NCBI GenBank assembly: GCA_963827655.1
Contig: CAWHCF010000046.1
Location: 96,001 to 160,000 of the forward strand
Source: an uncultured Acidobacteriota bacterium
Lineage (GTDB): Bacteria; Acidobacteriota; UBA6911
Length of the DNA: 64,000 nt
Direction: 5' to 3'
The position numbers were made by a program, and so were the translations under genes. Below the pieces are notes generated by a model. The model saw only the letters and a program-made list of their open reading frames with translations, was not told where the DNA came from and did no database searches. This document shows, piece by piece, positions 20,341 to 29,527 of the stretch (the stretch's first letter is position 1; each line of letters opens with the position of its first letter).

Positions 20341-21107
20341 ATTCCCATGATCTGGTAGCCGCAGTCGACATAGATCACCTGTCCCGTAATGGCGGCAGCA
20401 CTGTCGCTGGCCAGGAAGGTGCCGGTCGCGCCGAGCTCGTCGGGAAGGACATTTCGCTTGAGGGGAGCGTGAGCTTCGTAGTGTTTAAGCATATCGCTGA
20501 AGCCGGCGATGCCGCGGGCCGCCAGCGTATTTACCGGGCCGGCGCTGATGCAATTGACCCGAATTTTTTTCGGGCCGAGATCGTAGGCCAGATAGCGCGT
20601 GCAGGCTTCCAATGAAGCCTTGGCCACGCCCATCACGTTGTAGTGCGGCACCACCTTTTTCGAACCGTAGTAGGTCATCGCGACAATGCTGCCCCCATCC
20701 GTCATGAGCGGCGCTGCGCCGCGCGCCAGAGCGACGAGGGAATAAGCACTCACGTCGTGAGCGATCCGGAAGGATTCGCGCGACGTTCCCACGAAATTTC
20801 CTTCCATCGCCTCTCGCGGCGCGAAGGCAACCGAATGGAGCAGCAATTGCAGCTTGCCGAACTCCCGGCCTACTTCGGCGAACACTCGCTCAATTTCTTC
20901 ATCCTTTGTCACATCGCACGGCAGCAGTAGGGTTTGGGAGCCAAACGTTCCGACCAGCTCCTCTACGTTTTCTTTGAGGCGTTCGCCCTGGTAGGTGAAA
21001 GCCAGTTTGGCCCCTGCCTTGGCCCACGCTTGCGCGATGGCCCAGGCAATCGAGCGCTTGTTCGCTACACCAAAAACGATTCCAAGCTTGCCGTCTAGTA
21101 GAGACAT
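20337..21107 (-). CDS. fabI: Enoyl-ACP reductase
   Basis: GVANKRSIAWAIA, HSVAFAP, YNVMGVAKASLE, ISAGPVNTLAA. Confidence 0.96.
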   Translation of the reverse strand: MSLLDGKLGIVFGVANKRSIAWAIAQAWAKAGAKLAFTYQGERLKENVEELVGTFGSQTLLLPCDVTKDEEIERVFAEVGREFGKLQLLLHSVAFAPREAMEGNFVGTSRESFRIAHDVSAYSLVALARGAAPLMTDGGSIVAMTYYGSKKVVPHYNVMGVAKASLEACTRYLAYDLGPKKIRVNCISAGPVNTLAARGIAGFSDMLKHYEAHAPLKRNVLPDELGATGTFLASDSAAAITGQVIYVDCGYQIMGM

Positions 21108-21152
21108 AGGAGTCCATCAGCATAAGAACTTTGAATGTGAACTTCAATCAAA

Positions 21153-21212
21153 ACAGTAGGCAGTAGGCAGCATGAATGACAAATGAGAAATGCAATGATC
21201 GATGACAAATGT
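21153..21212. repeat. Short heptamer arrays (CAGTAGG)n and (AATGACA)-like
   Basis: cagtaggcagtaggcag; aatgacaaatgagaaatg...gatgacaaatg. Confidence 0.55.
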
Positions 21213-21442
21213 TTATTTATTTGTGCATCAGTTGGTGCTGCGGGCCCGGGTTGCGCTCGCAGACGACGCGTTGGATGCCGAATCCCCCGCGCGCGCGAAC
21301 GTCATGCCCTCGGCGGTTCTTGAGAAGCAGCTGCCTCGGCTCGCCTGCCAGGATCGAACTTGACCTCGGAGTTGTTCCGGAATGTGCGCCACGCTCGTGC
21401 TACGATGAGCGCGCTCCTGCGACGACTTTTCAGAGAAAGACA

Positions 21443-21973
21443 TTGGATTTCGAAAAGGTTCTCATGACGATCGCCAAGTACTTCGAACGGGAAGGTGTGA
21501 AGTTTGCCGTCATCGGTGCATTCGCGCTTCACGCTTATGGCAGAAGTCGACTCACTCAGGATCTGGATTTCGTAACAGAAGCCGCTGGCCAGGCGGCACT
21601 CATTGCCTATCTTGAGTCGCTCGGGTATCAGACCCTTCATTGCTCGGAGGGTTATTCCAATCACCTGCACAGCGACTCGGCGATGGGACGCGTCGATTTT
21701 GTCTACGTGCGAGGTGAAACCCGGCGGAAAATCTTCGAAACTCAAGGAGCGACGCTCAAGCTGGGAAATCTTTCCGTACCGGTTCCGAGAGCCGAACATC
21801 TCGTGGCCATGAAGGTCCAGGCCATGAAGAACGATCCGTCGCGCACGCTTCAGGAACTGGCAGATATTGGCTTCCTCATCCATCTCCCCGGTATTGACCA
21901 AGAAGAGGTTCGGAAGTACTTTGAGGAGGGTGGGCTGCTGAACAGTTATGAAGAGATCCGGAAGCGAACCTGA
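21443..21973 (+). CDS. Nucleotidyltransferase (AbiEii/DUF6036-like)
   Basis: VIGAFAL..YG.SRLTQDLD, RVD, LVAMK..A, D..L. TTG start inferred. Confidence 0.75.
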   Translation: MDFEKVLMTIAKYFEREGVKFAVIGAFALHAYGRSRLTQDLDFVTEAAGQAALIAYLESLGYQTLHCSEGYSNHLHSDSAMGRVDFVYVRGETRRKIFETQGATLKLGNLSVPVPRAEHLVAMKVQAMKNDPSRTLQELADIGFLIHLPGIDQEEVRKYFEEGGLLNSYEEIRKRT

Positions 21974-22172
21974 CCGGCTAGATCTCGAGCGAGACCTGCC
22001 AACGACGCCGGAAGATAACCTCGCACAGCGTCGATACCGCGATTTTCCTTCAATGGATCTGCAGAGCTATCTGCGATTCCTACGATCCTTCGATCCCCCC
22101 ACCCTGGAACACTTAGGTTCACGAAAAGGGCCCCGAGGGAAAGCGCCCTTCGTCCTTCCCCCGTCTGGTTAA
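21948..22172 (+). CDS. Small hypothetical protein overlapping the NTase gene; putative partner
   Basis: 74-aa ORF whose ATG lies in the 3' end of the NTase gene; DLPTTPED..A motif. Confidence 0.55.
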   Translation: MKRSGSEPDRLDLERDLPTTPEDNLAQRRYRDFPSMDLQSYLRFLRSFDPPTLEHLGSRKGPRGKAPFVLPPSG

Positions 22173-22194
22173 GCGGATCACCCTCCCGTCGGCC

Positions 22195-22491
22195 GCGTTC
22201 ATCTTCGCGAAGACCATCGACCTGGACACGTAAGAGCGCCAACGTGATCGATTGCGTGAGGAATTGACCCTTGTACAGATCGACCGACACACTTCAGAGC
22301 TGGAAGAACTCGACGTAGAAGGGATTCTCCCTGCCTTCAACTACTTCACGACGATTGAACCCTCAGGAACAAATTTGGTGGACCAAATCAAGTCCATGGA
22401 CTACATTGGCACGAAAGCAAGGTTCATTGGAAAAGCGCAGAGTCAGCTCATAACCGAAGCCCTCAGCCGTTTAGACGCCTGTGTCAAGTGA
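22195..22491 (+). pseudogene. Chimeric remnant: serine-recombinase C-terminal fragment + PemK/MazF C-terminal fragment
   Basis: AFIFAKTIDLDT*ERQRDRLREELTLVQIDRHTSELEELDVEGIL, then LVDQIKSMDY..KARFIGKA..LITEALSRLDAC. Recognised from memory only. Confidence 0.5.
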
Positions 22492-22547
22492 AGCGATGTT
22501 CCTGGCCACTTGACGTATTCGCGGTGAGAGTGACCAAGGAATCAAAC

Positions 22548-23340
22548 ATGAATTCTATCTTCAGCCTTGCATGCGGTTTGATGCTGCTTGGAATCTCGTG
22601 GGCGGCCCAGGCGCCGCCGGAAAAGGAGATTCCTGAAAAGAATCCTTTCGACTCGGCGGCGGACGCGGCTGCAGGGCGGCAATACTTCATGGGACATTGC
22701 GCGCTGTGCCACGGGCCCGGAGGGCGAAGGCGGGCGCGGCATCAATCTGACCACGGGCCGTTACCGGATGGGCGGGTCCGACCGCGAGTTATTCCGGACC
22801 ATCCAGAAGGGAATCCCGGAGTCCGAGATGCCCGGCACCGGTCTGTCCGAGAACGAAATCTGGAGAATTGTGGCTTTCGTTCGCCGTCTTGCAACTGCCG
22901 GGGCGGAGGAGAAAGCGCCGGGAGATCCGGCAGCGGGCAAGCTGGTCTATGAAGGGAAAGGCATGTGCGTGCCCTGCCATGTCGTCGGTGATGGCGGCGG
23001 GCGCCTGGGACCGGAATTGAGTGAAGTCGGCCTGCGGCGCTCGCTGAAGTTCCTGCGCGAGTCCCTTACCAATCCTGCCGCCTATATAGCCGACAACCAT
23101 CGTACAGTGACCGTTCTCACCAAGACAGGTGAGCCCGTCACCGGCATAAAGCTCAATGAGGACGATTACTCAATCCAGGTCCGGGATATACGTGAGAACT
23201 TGCGCTCCTTTCTGAAGAGCGATCTGAAAGAAGTAAAACGCGAGGGCCGGTCGTTAATGCCCGCCTATGGATCGACCCTGTCGGCAGTGGAGATTGAGAA
23301 TGTGGTCGCCTACCTGAGCTCTTTGCGAGGAAAGAAGTGA
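22548..23340 (+). CDS. Diheme cytochrome c / heme-binding domain protein; frameshift at ~22719
   Basis: Signal peptide, CALCH and CVPCH, GDPAAGK, GPELS, SLMP; overlaps the PQQ dehydrogenase start. Confidence 0.85.
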
Positions 23341-24938
23341 TGAAACTGAAACCACTGGTCTTCTTAACCGTGGCTCTGCTGGCGGCCGCAGCCGCGTGGG
23401 CCGACGGACTCGTGAGTTACGAGCGCCTGTTGAAGGCGGACGACGAACCCGGCAATTGGCTCATGTACTCGGGCAACTACCGTAGCTACCGCTATAGCCG
23501 TCTCGATCAGATCAACGCCGGAAATGTCGATCGGCTGCGCCCGAAGTGGATATACCAGATGCGGACCACCCACAAGGTCGAGACCTCGCCCCTGGTAGTC
23601 GACGGGGTGATGTACCTGACCCGCCCTCCTAACGACGTGATCGCCCTCGACGCGGAAACCGGGCGGAGGTTGTGGAGTCACCAGTATAAGGTTCCGGAGA
23701 AGGTGATCGTCTGCTGCGGCCAGGTGAACCGTGGACTCGCGATTCTGGGGGACAGGCTCTTTATGGCCACGGTCGATGCCAAGCTGCTCGCCCTGGACGC
23801 CAAATCGGGGCGTTTGCTGTGGAAGACGGAGATCGCTGATTACAAGGGAGGCTACGGGGGCACCGTCGCGCCTCTGGTGGCGAAAGACAAAGTCATCCTG
23901 GGTCTTGCCGGAGGGGAGTACGGGGTGCGCGGGTTTATCGATGCGTATCACGCCGCCACGGGTGAACGGGCCTGGCGCTTCTATACAATTCCCGGACCGG
24001 ATGAGCCGAATTTCGGCACATGGGCAGGGGACTCCTGGAAGACCGGCGGGGCGACGGCCTGGGTTACGGGCGCTTTCGACCCGGACCTCAACCTCACCTA
24101 CTGGGGTACCGGAAACCCGGGCCCCGACTGGAATGGAGACGGACGCGCCGGCGATAATCTCTATTCCGACTCCATGCTCGCCCTTGACGTCGATACCGGG
24201 AAGTTGAAGTGGCATTTTCAGTATACGCCGCATGACGTACACGACTGGGATGCCACGCAAGTGCCGATCCTGCTCGATTCGGAGTTCAAGGGCCGCAAGC
24301 GGAAGCTCCTGGCTCACGCGAACCGCAACGGGTTCTTCTACCTGCTCGATCGCCAGACCGGCGAATACCTGATGGCCAAACCCTACGTCAAGCAGACCTG
24401 GGCCAAGGAGATCGACGCCCGGGGCCGGCCGGTGCGCCTGCCCGATACCTTCCCCAGCCTCGAAGGTACCGCGGTATGGCCGGGTATCAACGGCGGGATG
24501 AACTGGTTTTCCCCCAGCTACAGTCCCCGGACCGGGCTCTACTATGCTCCCTCCCAGGAAACCGGGAACGTGTATTTCAAAGCCGACGCGGAATACAAGC
24601 CGGGCGCCAGCTTTACCGGGGGCGGCGGCAAGCCGGTTCCGGGCTTTCAAGAGCATAGCGCCGTGCGTGCCATCGTGCCCGAGACCGGCGAGATCCGCTG
24701 GGAGCACAAGCTGGTCAGCCCGTCCTGGGCGGGCGTGCTCTCGACCGCCGGCAACGTCGTCTTCAGCGGCACGGTTGAAGGCAATTTCTTCGCGCTCGAT
24801 GCTGCGACGGGCAAGCATCTCTGGTATTTCCCGGCCGGAGGCATGATTTTTGCGAACCCGATCACGTATCTCAGCAAGGGAAAACAGTACGTAGCCATAG
24901 CGGCGGGTGACGTCCTGATCACCTTCGGCCTGGAGTAG
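23337..24938 (+). CDS. PQQ-dependent dehydrogenase, methanol/ethanol family
   Basis: Signal peptide, ETSPLVVDGVMY, CCGQVNRG vicinal cysteines, GGEYGVRGFI, WGTGNP, PHDVHDWD, NRNGFFY. Confidence 0.93.
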   Translation: MMKLKPLVFLTVALLAAAAAWADGLVSYERLLKADDEPGNWLMYSGNYRSYRYSRLDQINAGNVDRLRPKWIYQMRTTHKVETSPLVVDGVMYLTRPPNDVIALDAETGRRLWSHQYKVPEKVIVCCGQVNRGLAILGDRLFMATVDAKLLALDAKSGRLLWKTEIADYKGGYGGTVAPLVAKDKVILGLAGGEYGVRGFIDAYHAATGERAWRFYTIPGPDEPNFGTWAGDSWKTGGATAWVTGAFDPDLNLTYWGTGNPGPDWNGDGRAGDNLYSDSMLALDVDTGKLKWHFQYTPHDVHDWDATQVPILLDSEFKGRKRKLLAHANRNGFFYLLDRQTGEYLMAKPYVKQTWAKEIDARGRPVRLPDTFPSLEGTAVWPGINGGMNWFSPSYSPRTGLYYAPSQETGNVYFKADAEYKPGASFTGGGGKPVPGFQEHSAVRAIVPETGEIRWEHKLVSPSWAGVLSTAGNVVFSGTVEGNFFALDAATGKHLWYFPAGGMIFANPITYLSKGKQYVAIAAGDVLITFGLE

Positions 24939-24949
24939 CTTCCTCCTCG

Positions 24950-25042
24950 AAACGAATACCACTAGGGCACAAAGACACGAAGAAACACCAAGACCTGTAT
25001 TCTTAGTGTTTCTTCGTGTCTTCGCGTCTTCGTGGTATGTTG
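24950..25042. repeat. Palindromic repeat family A, long hairpin
   Basis: ataccactagggcacaaagacacgaagaaacaccaaga ... tcttagtgtttcttcgtgtcttcgcgtcttcgtggtat. Confidence 0.85.
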
Positions 25043-25050
25043 CCTCGAGG

Positions 25051-25077
25051 TGAACCCTGCGCCCCTCGCTTGCGTTA
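25051..25077 (+). promoter_or_regulatory. Putative ECF sigma-dependent promoter
   Basis: TGAACC-N16-CGTTA about 100 bp upstream of the ECF sigma gene; matches the generic AAC/CGT ECF pattern. Confidence 0.5.
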
Positions 25078-25173
25078 AGGGAATACGAGCCTGCGAAAGG
25101 TGATTGTCGACGCAAGGTAATAGCGTGCCCCGGATCCTCCGCGCGAGGAAGGCTTCACAATCAGGCGATAAAC

Positions 25174-25791
25174 TTGAGTGCCGTGGTCCTCTCTGTGAAT
25201 ACGCTTGAGTCCTCCTCAACCACCGAGGAACTGATGACCCAGGTTCAGCGAGGAGACATGACCGCGTACCAGGAGCTGATCCGGCGTTACCAGAGAAAGG
25301 TATTTCGCGTCATTAACGGCTATCACCGCGACCCGGAGGATGCCATGGAAGTCTTACAGGACACGTTCCTCAAAGTGTACATGGCGCGCCAGACCTGGGA
25401 ACGACGGACGTCCTTTCGCGCCTGGCTTTACCGGATCGCCATTAATGCTAGTATCGACAGGTACCGGCGGGGGGACAAGGGGAGAGTCTCGTCCCTGGAC
25501 GACGTCGCCGAATCTCAAGTGCAGAAATCCGCTACCCTGATGAAACCTGGTTCTGCTCTCGATCGGTTGAGAGACGGAGAGAGACGGCGAGTCATCGAAG
25601 AAGCAGTCCGGCGGCTGCCTGAACGACAGCGCCAGGTGGTGTCCTTGAGATATTTCGGAGAAATGCAGCTCGAAGAGATTGCCCACACACTGGGTTGCCC
25701 GCTGGGGACGGTTAAATCGAACCTGCACAAAGCGGTCCATAGCCTCAAGAACCTGCTATTAGACCAGAAGGAAGCGTTGAGTTATGAATAA
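25174..25791 (+). CDS. ECF (sigma-70 family) RNA polymerase sigma factor
   Basis: GD..AY.ELI.RY, EVLQDTFLK, FRAWLYRIA.N, LPERQR, EEIA..LGCPLGTVKS.L. Confidence 0.93.
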   Translation: MSAVVLSVNTLESSSTTEELMTQVQRGDMTAYQELIRRYQRKVFRVINGYHRDPEDAMEVLQDTFLKVYMARQTWERRTSFRAWLYRIAINASIDRYRRGDKGRVSSLDDVAESQVQKSATLMKPGSALDRLRDGERRRVIEEAVRRLPERQRQVVSLRYFGEMQLEEIAHTLGCPLGTVKSNLHKAVHSLKNLLLDQKEALSYE

Positions 25792-26545
25792 CTGTGAAAG
25801 CGTTGGTGACCTGCTGGTCCTCTATGCGGAAGGCGAATTGCCTCCGGAGGACAAACGGCGGGTAGACGATCACATCCGGGCTTGCCCCCTCTGCCGCGCT
25901 GAAGTCGCGAAGATCGATACCGTCACGTCCTGGTTGAAGGATCCGGACCTGTTCATGACTCATGACTATGCCTGGCATTCCCTGCCCCGGACACTGGCGG
26001 ATCGCGCCCGGGGGCTGCACACCCGCAATCCCTGGGTTCCTTCCAATATGCCCTCGCTGCTGTGGGCCGCCTGCGTTGCGGCTTCTCTGCTTCTGGGAAT
26101 CGGGCTGATCTGGATGTTGAATCGCCCTGCATCCGCTCCTCCGCCGCTGGCGCACCAGGCAGGTTCGGGCAATGCGGCCTTTCTCCGGCAAATCGAGTCG
26201 GTCCATGCGCGCGAGGCGACGGCGCGCTACCTGACCGAATGCGAAGTCTTGCTTCTCAACGTCGTCGGAGCAGAGAAGAACTGCGAAGGCGAAAAGCACG
26301 ATGTCTCTGCGGAGGTCACCCGTGCGCGGGAGTTGCTGCAACGCAAGCGCATTCTGGACGTGGAATTGCGCGCTCCCGAGGTGGCGCGGGCCAAAGATCT
26401 ATGCGACCAGCTGGAGACGTTCCTGGTCAATCTCTCGGTCTCGGAAAGATGCGAGAGTTCCGAGGGGTTGCATACCATGGAACGTTTTATTGAAAGGGAG
26501 CAGCTTCTGCTTCGAATCGATCTGCTGCAGGCAGAGCTCTCCTAG
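25784..26545 (+). CDS. zf-HC2 anti-sigma factor with one TM helix
   Basis: HIRACPLC (Hx3Cx2C), TM LLWAACVAASLLLGIGLIW; overlaps the sigma gene. Confidence 0.85.
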   Translation: MNNCESVGDLLVLYAEGELPPEDKRRVDDHIRACPLCRAEVAKIDTVTSWLKDPDLFMTHDYAWHSLPRTLADRARGLHTRNPWVPSNMPSLLWAACVAASLLLGIGLIWMLNRPASAPPPLAHQAGSGNAAFLRQIESVHAREATARYLTECEVLLLNVVGAEKNCEGEKHDVSAEVTRARELLQRKRILDVELRAPEVARAKDLCDQLETFLVNLSVSERCESSEGLHTMERFIEREQLLLRIDLLQAELS

Positions 26546-26555
26546 GAGTCTCATC

Positions 26556-27473
26556 ATGAATTCAGCATCCGTTATCCACCTCTTTTCCGGCCGCCATCCG
26601 ACACTGGCAGTGCGGCCAATGGTCGCGACTCTCGTGTTGCCCCTGGTTTTGCTTTCCTGCCTGCAGACGCGGGCCGAAGAAGCAGCACGAGACCAGGATC
26701 TGTTCAACCAGGGTAAGATCCTGATGTTCGACAAGAAATGGGAAGAGGCCCGCGCGGTCTTCCAGCGTGTCATCCGGGAGTTCCCGAAGAGTACTCTGGT
26801 TCCACAGGCGCATTATTTTGCCGCGCGTTCTTTCCAGCAGCAGGGAAAAGAAGAAGAAGCGGTGCGGGCCTACGATGAGTTCGTAAGCCGATATCCCGGT
26901 GAGTCCTACCTTTTGGCTGAAGCTCGGAACAGTGTCGTGGACCTCGCGGCGTCATTGATGGAGAAAGGAAACAGTTCGTACCGGGATCGTATTGTGGCAG
27001 CCCTGGGTGATCCCACCAGAGAAGTCCGCTATTTTGCGGCAATCCGGAGCAGCAGTCTGAATGATCGCGGCTTGACCTCGATGGCCATTCCCGTTTTGCG
27101 GCAAATCGTCAATAAGGAGAAAGAACGGGACCTGGTAGACCGGGCGAAGATTGCTTTGCTCCGCCTGGATCCCAACGCCCTCTCTCCACAGCGTGAATCG
27201 CCGGAGCGAGGAAAGAGCGAAGGCCAGGTCGACAGCAGGATGTTTCACATTCGGGTCTATTCGGACAATGCGACTGAACCGACTGTAGAAATCAACCTGC
27301 CTGTAAGTTTTGCCCAGCTGGCCATCATGGCTCTCGACGAATCGAAGAAGGAGGAGCTCCGGCGTAAAGGGTTTAACGTGGACGATTTCTGGGAGAGCAT
27401 AAAACGGCTGGGTCCTACCAAGATCATGGAGATTCGCGACGGCAAAGATCTGGTCAAGATTTGGATTGAGTGA
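26556..27473 (+). CDS. Secreted TPR (BamD/YfiO-like) + HEAT repeat protein
   Basis: AGGAG RBS, signal peptide, F..VIREFPKS..A.Y, Y..FVSRYP, DPTREVRYFAA. Confidence 0.75.
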   Translation: MNSASVIHLFSGRHPTLAVRPMVATLVLPLVLLSCLQTRAEEAARDQDLFNQGKILMFDKKWEEARAVFQRVIREFPKSTLVPQAHYFAARSFQQQGKEEEAVRAYDEFVSRYPGESYLLAEARNSVVDLAASLMEKGNSSYRDRIVAALGDPTREVRYFAAIRSSSLNDRGLTSMAIPVLRQIVNKEKERDLVDRAKIALLRLDPNALSPQRESPERGKSEGQVDSRMFHIRVYSDNATEPTVEINLPVSFAQLAIMALDESKKEELRRKGFNVDDFWESIKRLGPTKIMEIRDGKDLVKIWIE

Positions 27474-27572
27474 TACCACTGTTTGTGGTGTTGCTTGGGT
27501 CTTCGTGTCTCGGTGGTTAGAGAAACGTGATTTTGCGGAACCGGCGCTGAGCTGCGGGCGTCTAAGGACGGC

Positions 27573-28898
27573 ATGAGGGCAATTCTTGCGGGTTTGTTCT
27601 GCGCCGCCACGCTGCTCCTCGCGGCCCAGAAGAAAGTCTCGCCTCCACCCAAACCACCGGAGCGTCCTGCCGAGAGCTGGCCCATATGGGGCGGGCCGCG
27701 CCACAACTTCATCTCGACTTCGACCGGGCTGGCGAATGCATGGCCCAAAGAGGGGCCCACGCGTGTGTGGAGCCGCCCGCTCGGCGATGGCTACTCCCCA
27801 ATCGCCGAGGAAAACGGCGTGCTGTTCACCGGGTATCGCCGAGGATCGAAAGACGTGGTGATCGCGCTAAATGCGGCGACCGGCAGCACCGTCTGGGAAT
27901 ACGAGTACGACGCGCCTTTCCGCAACAGCTATTCCGAGGGCGTGGGACCCGGGCCGTATGCGATGCCGCAGGTCATCGGAGATCGCGTCGTCACGGCGAG
28001 CGGCGCAGGAAAGATCCACTCGCTCGACAAGAAGACAGGTAAACCCGTGTGGTCGCACGACCTGTACACAGAGTTTGCGGCCAACCGGCTGCCATTCGGC
28101 TACTCCTGCCACGGTCTGCCGTACAAAGACACCCTGATCTACCTGGCCGGGGGCGACGCGCCCTGGTTCGGATTCGGTCAAGGCGCCGCGGTCATCGCGT
28201 TTCGTCAGAGCGACGGCGCCGTGGTCTGGAAGAATCAGGGTTTCAAGAACGCGCACTCATCGCCGCTCCTGATCAACGTGGACGGTCAGCCGCAGGTAGT
28301 CGCGTTGCTGGCGGACCAGGTGATCGGGTTCAGTCCCGATAACGGCGAGCTGCTCTGGAAGCACTCGCATCCTACCCAGCACGGCCTTGCCGTCGCCACG
28401 CCGATCGCGGCCGCCGGAAACCTGGTGTTCATTTCCTCGGCTTACAGCGGCGGAGCCCGGGTATTGCAGCTCGCCCGGAGCGGCAGTGGGACTACAGTGA
28501 AAGAGCTGTGGCATAACCCGCGAGTTCAGCTCCATTTCGGCACCGCGATACTCATTGGCGACTACATTTATCTGTCGAGCGGCCACTCCGGGCCTGCCTT
28601 TATCACCGCCGTGGAACTCCGGACCGGGCGGATCGCCTGGCAGGCCCGCGATTTCGCCAAGGCGCAGCTCCTCTACGCCGATGGGAAGTTGATCATCCTC
28701 GATGAAGACGGCAACCTTGGTCTCGCCAGCGCAACACCCGAGCGTTTTCAGGTGCTCTCTCGCCTTTCGCTTCTGAATCGCATCTCATGGACTCCTCCCA
28801 CGCTGGTCGGGAGCCGCCTCTATGTGCGTGACCGAGCCAACATGATGGCACTCGAGCTTGGCGCGTTGCCGCCTGCGTTGCCCCCTAAGCAAAAGTAA
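27573..28898 (+). CDS. PQQ-like beta-propeller repeat protein (BamB-like)
   Basis: WP.WGGP.HN, repeated ALNAATG..VW / LDKKTGKPVW, SSP, WTPPTL..RLYVRD. Confidence 0.88.
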   Translation: MRAILAGLFCAATLLLAAQKKVSPPPKPPERPAESWPIWGGPRHNFISTSTGLANAWPKEGPTRVWSRPLGDGYSPIAEENGVLFTGYRRGSKDVVIALNAATGSTVWEYEYDAPFRNSYSEGVGPGPYAMPQVIGDRVVTASGAGKIHSLDKKTGKPVWSHDLYTEFAANRLPFGYSCHGLPYKDTLIYLAGGDAPWFGFGQGAAVIAFRQSDGAVVWKNQGFKNAHSSPLLINVDGQPQVVALLADQVIGFSPDNGELLWKHSHPTQHGLAVATPIAAAGNLVFISSAYSGGARVLQLARSGSGTTVKELWHNPRVQLHFGTAILIGDYIYLSSGHSGPAFITAVELRTGRIAWQARDFAKAQLLYADGKLIILDEDGNLGLASATPERFQVLSRLSLLNRISWTPPTLVGSRLYVRDRANMMALELGALPPALPPKQK

Positions 28899-28934
28899 AC
28901 CGGATCATCCCTCTTTCACTGCTTGAGAAGTTTA

Positions 28935-29401
28935 CTCCGGTCATAGATCCAATTCGATTGCGCGCGACGTAGTGTCCTAGGAGAAGCGCACGAGAGGATG
29001 GCCTGGATCCCGTCCCCCGGGACCAGGCTGCTCGGCGCCGCCCGAGGTCGCTGATCTGTTGGGCACTTGTCCCTTTGGTGCGCAAGCCTGCTTGCGTCTT
29101 GCGACGCGGCAGCTTGTTGCCGCACGGAGTATTGGACATTTAACAAGCACAGAGCTCGGGTGCTGTTAACCAGGGCTGAAGGCGCGGCAGTGAATAGTGC
29201 GCGCCGCGCCTCCGGTCATAAATCCAATTCGATTGCGCGCGACGTAGTGTCCTAGGAGAAGCGCACGAGAGGATGGCCTGGATCCCGTCCCCCGGGACCA
29301 GGCTGCTCGGCGCCGCCCGAGGTCGCTGATCTGTTGGGCACTTGTCCCTTTGGTGCGCAAGCCTGCTTGCGCCTTGTGACGCGGCAGCTTCTTGCCGCAC
29401 G
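28935..29401. repeat. 192-bp direct tandem duplication (28935-29126 and 29210-29401)
   Basis: Manual alignment gives 4 mismatches and an 83-bp spacer; each copy ends in the palindromes gcgcaagcctgcttgcg and gcggcagctt(g/c)ttgccgc. Confidence 0.92.
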
Positions 29402-29527
29402 TGCGAAATGTACAACTAGGCCTGCGCAGGAGCGGGGCCTTAGCCCTTGGGAACGGAGCTTGGCGAAGCAAGCTTCGCCATAACCAAAACGCAGCAAGCT
29501 ACCGCACTCCAGGAGGAGGAGACAACT

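Noticed and set aside
23364-25115. Long antisense ORFs (also 2626-3738, 8593-9717, 18141-19433, 40756-42006, 54419-55708, 56434-57969)
   Set aside because: Shadow frames of well-supported genes in GC-rich DNA, with no recognisable motifs.
28935-29401. DGR template/variable repeat pair, prompted by the Avd-like gene in the window
   Set aside because: Mismatches are not adenine-specific, neither copy lies in a target gene, and no reverse transcriptase is present.
28885-29471. Duplicated small ORFs on the minus strand
   Set aside because: They are by-products of the DNA duplication, span REP-like palindromes and lack convincing starts.
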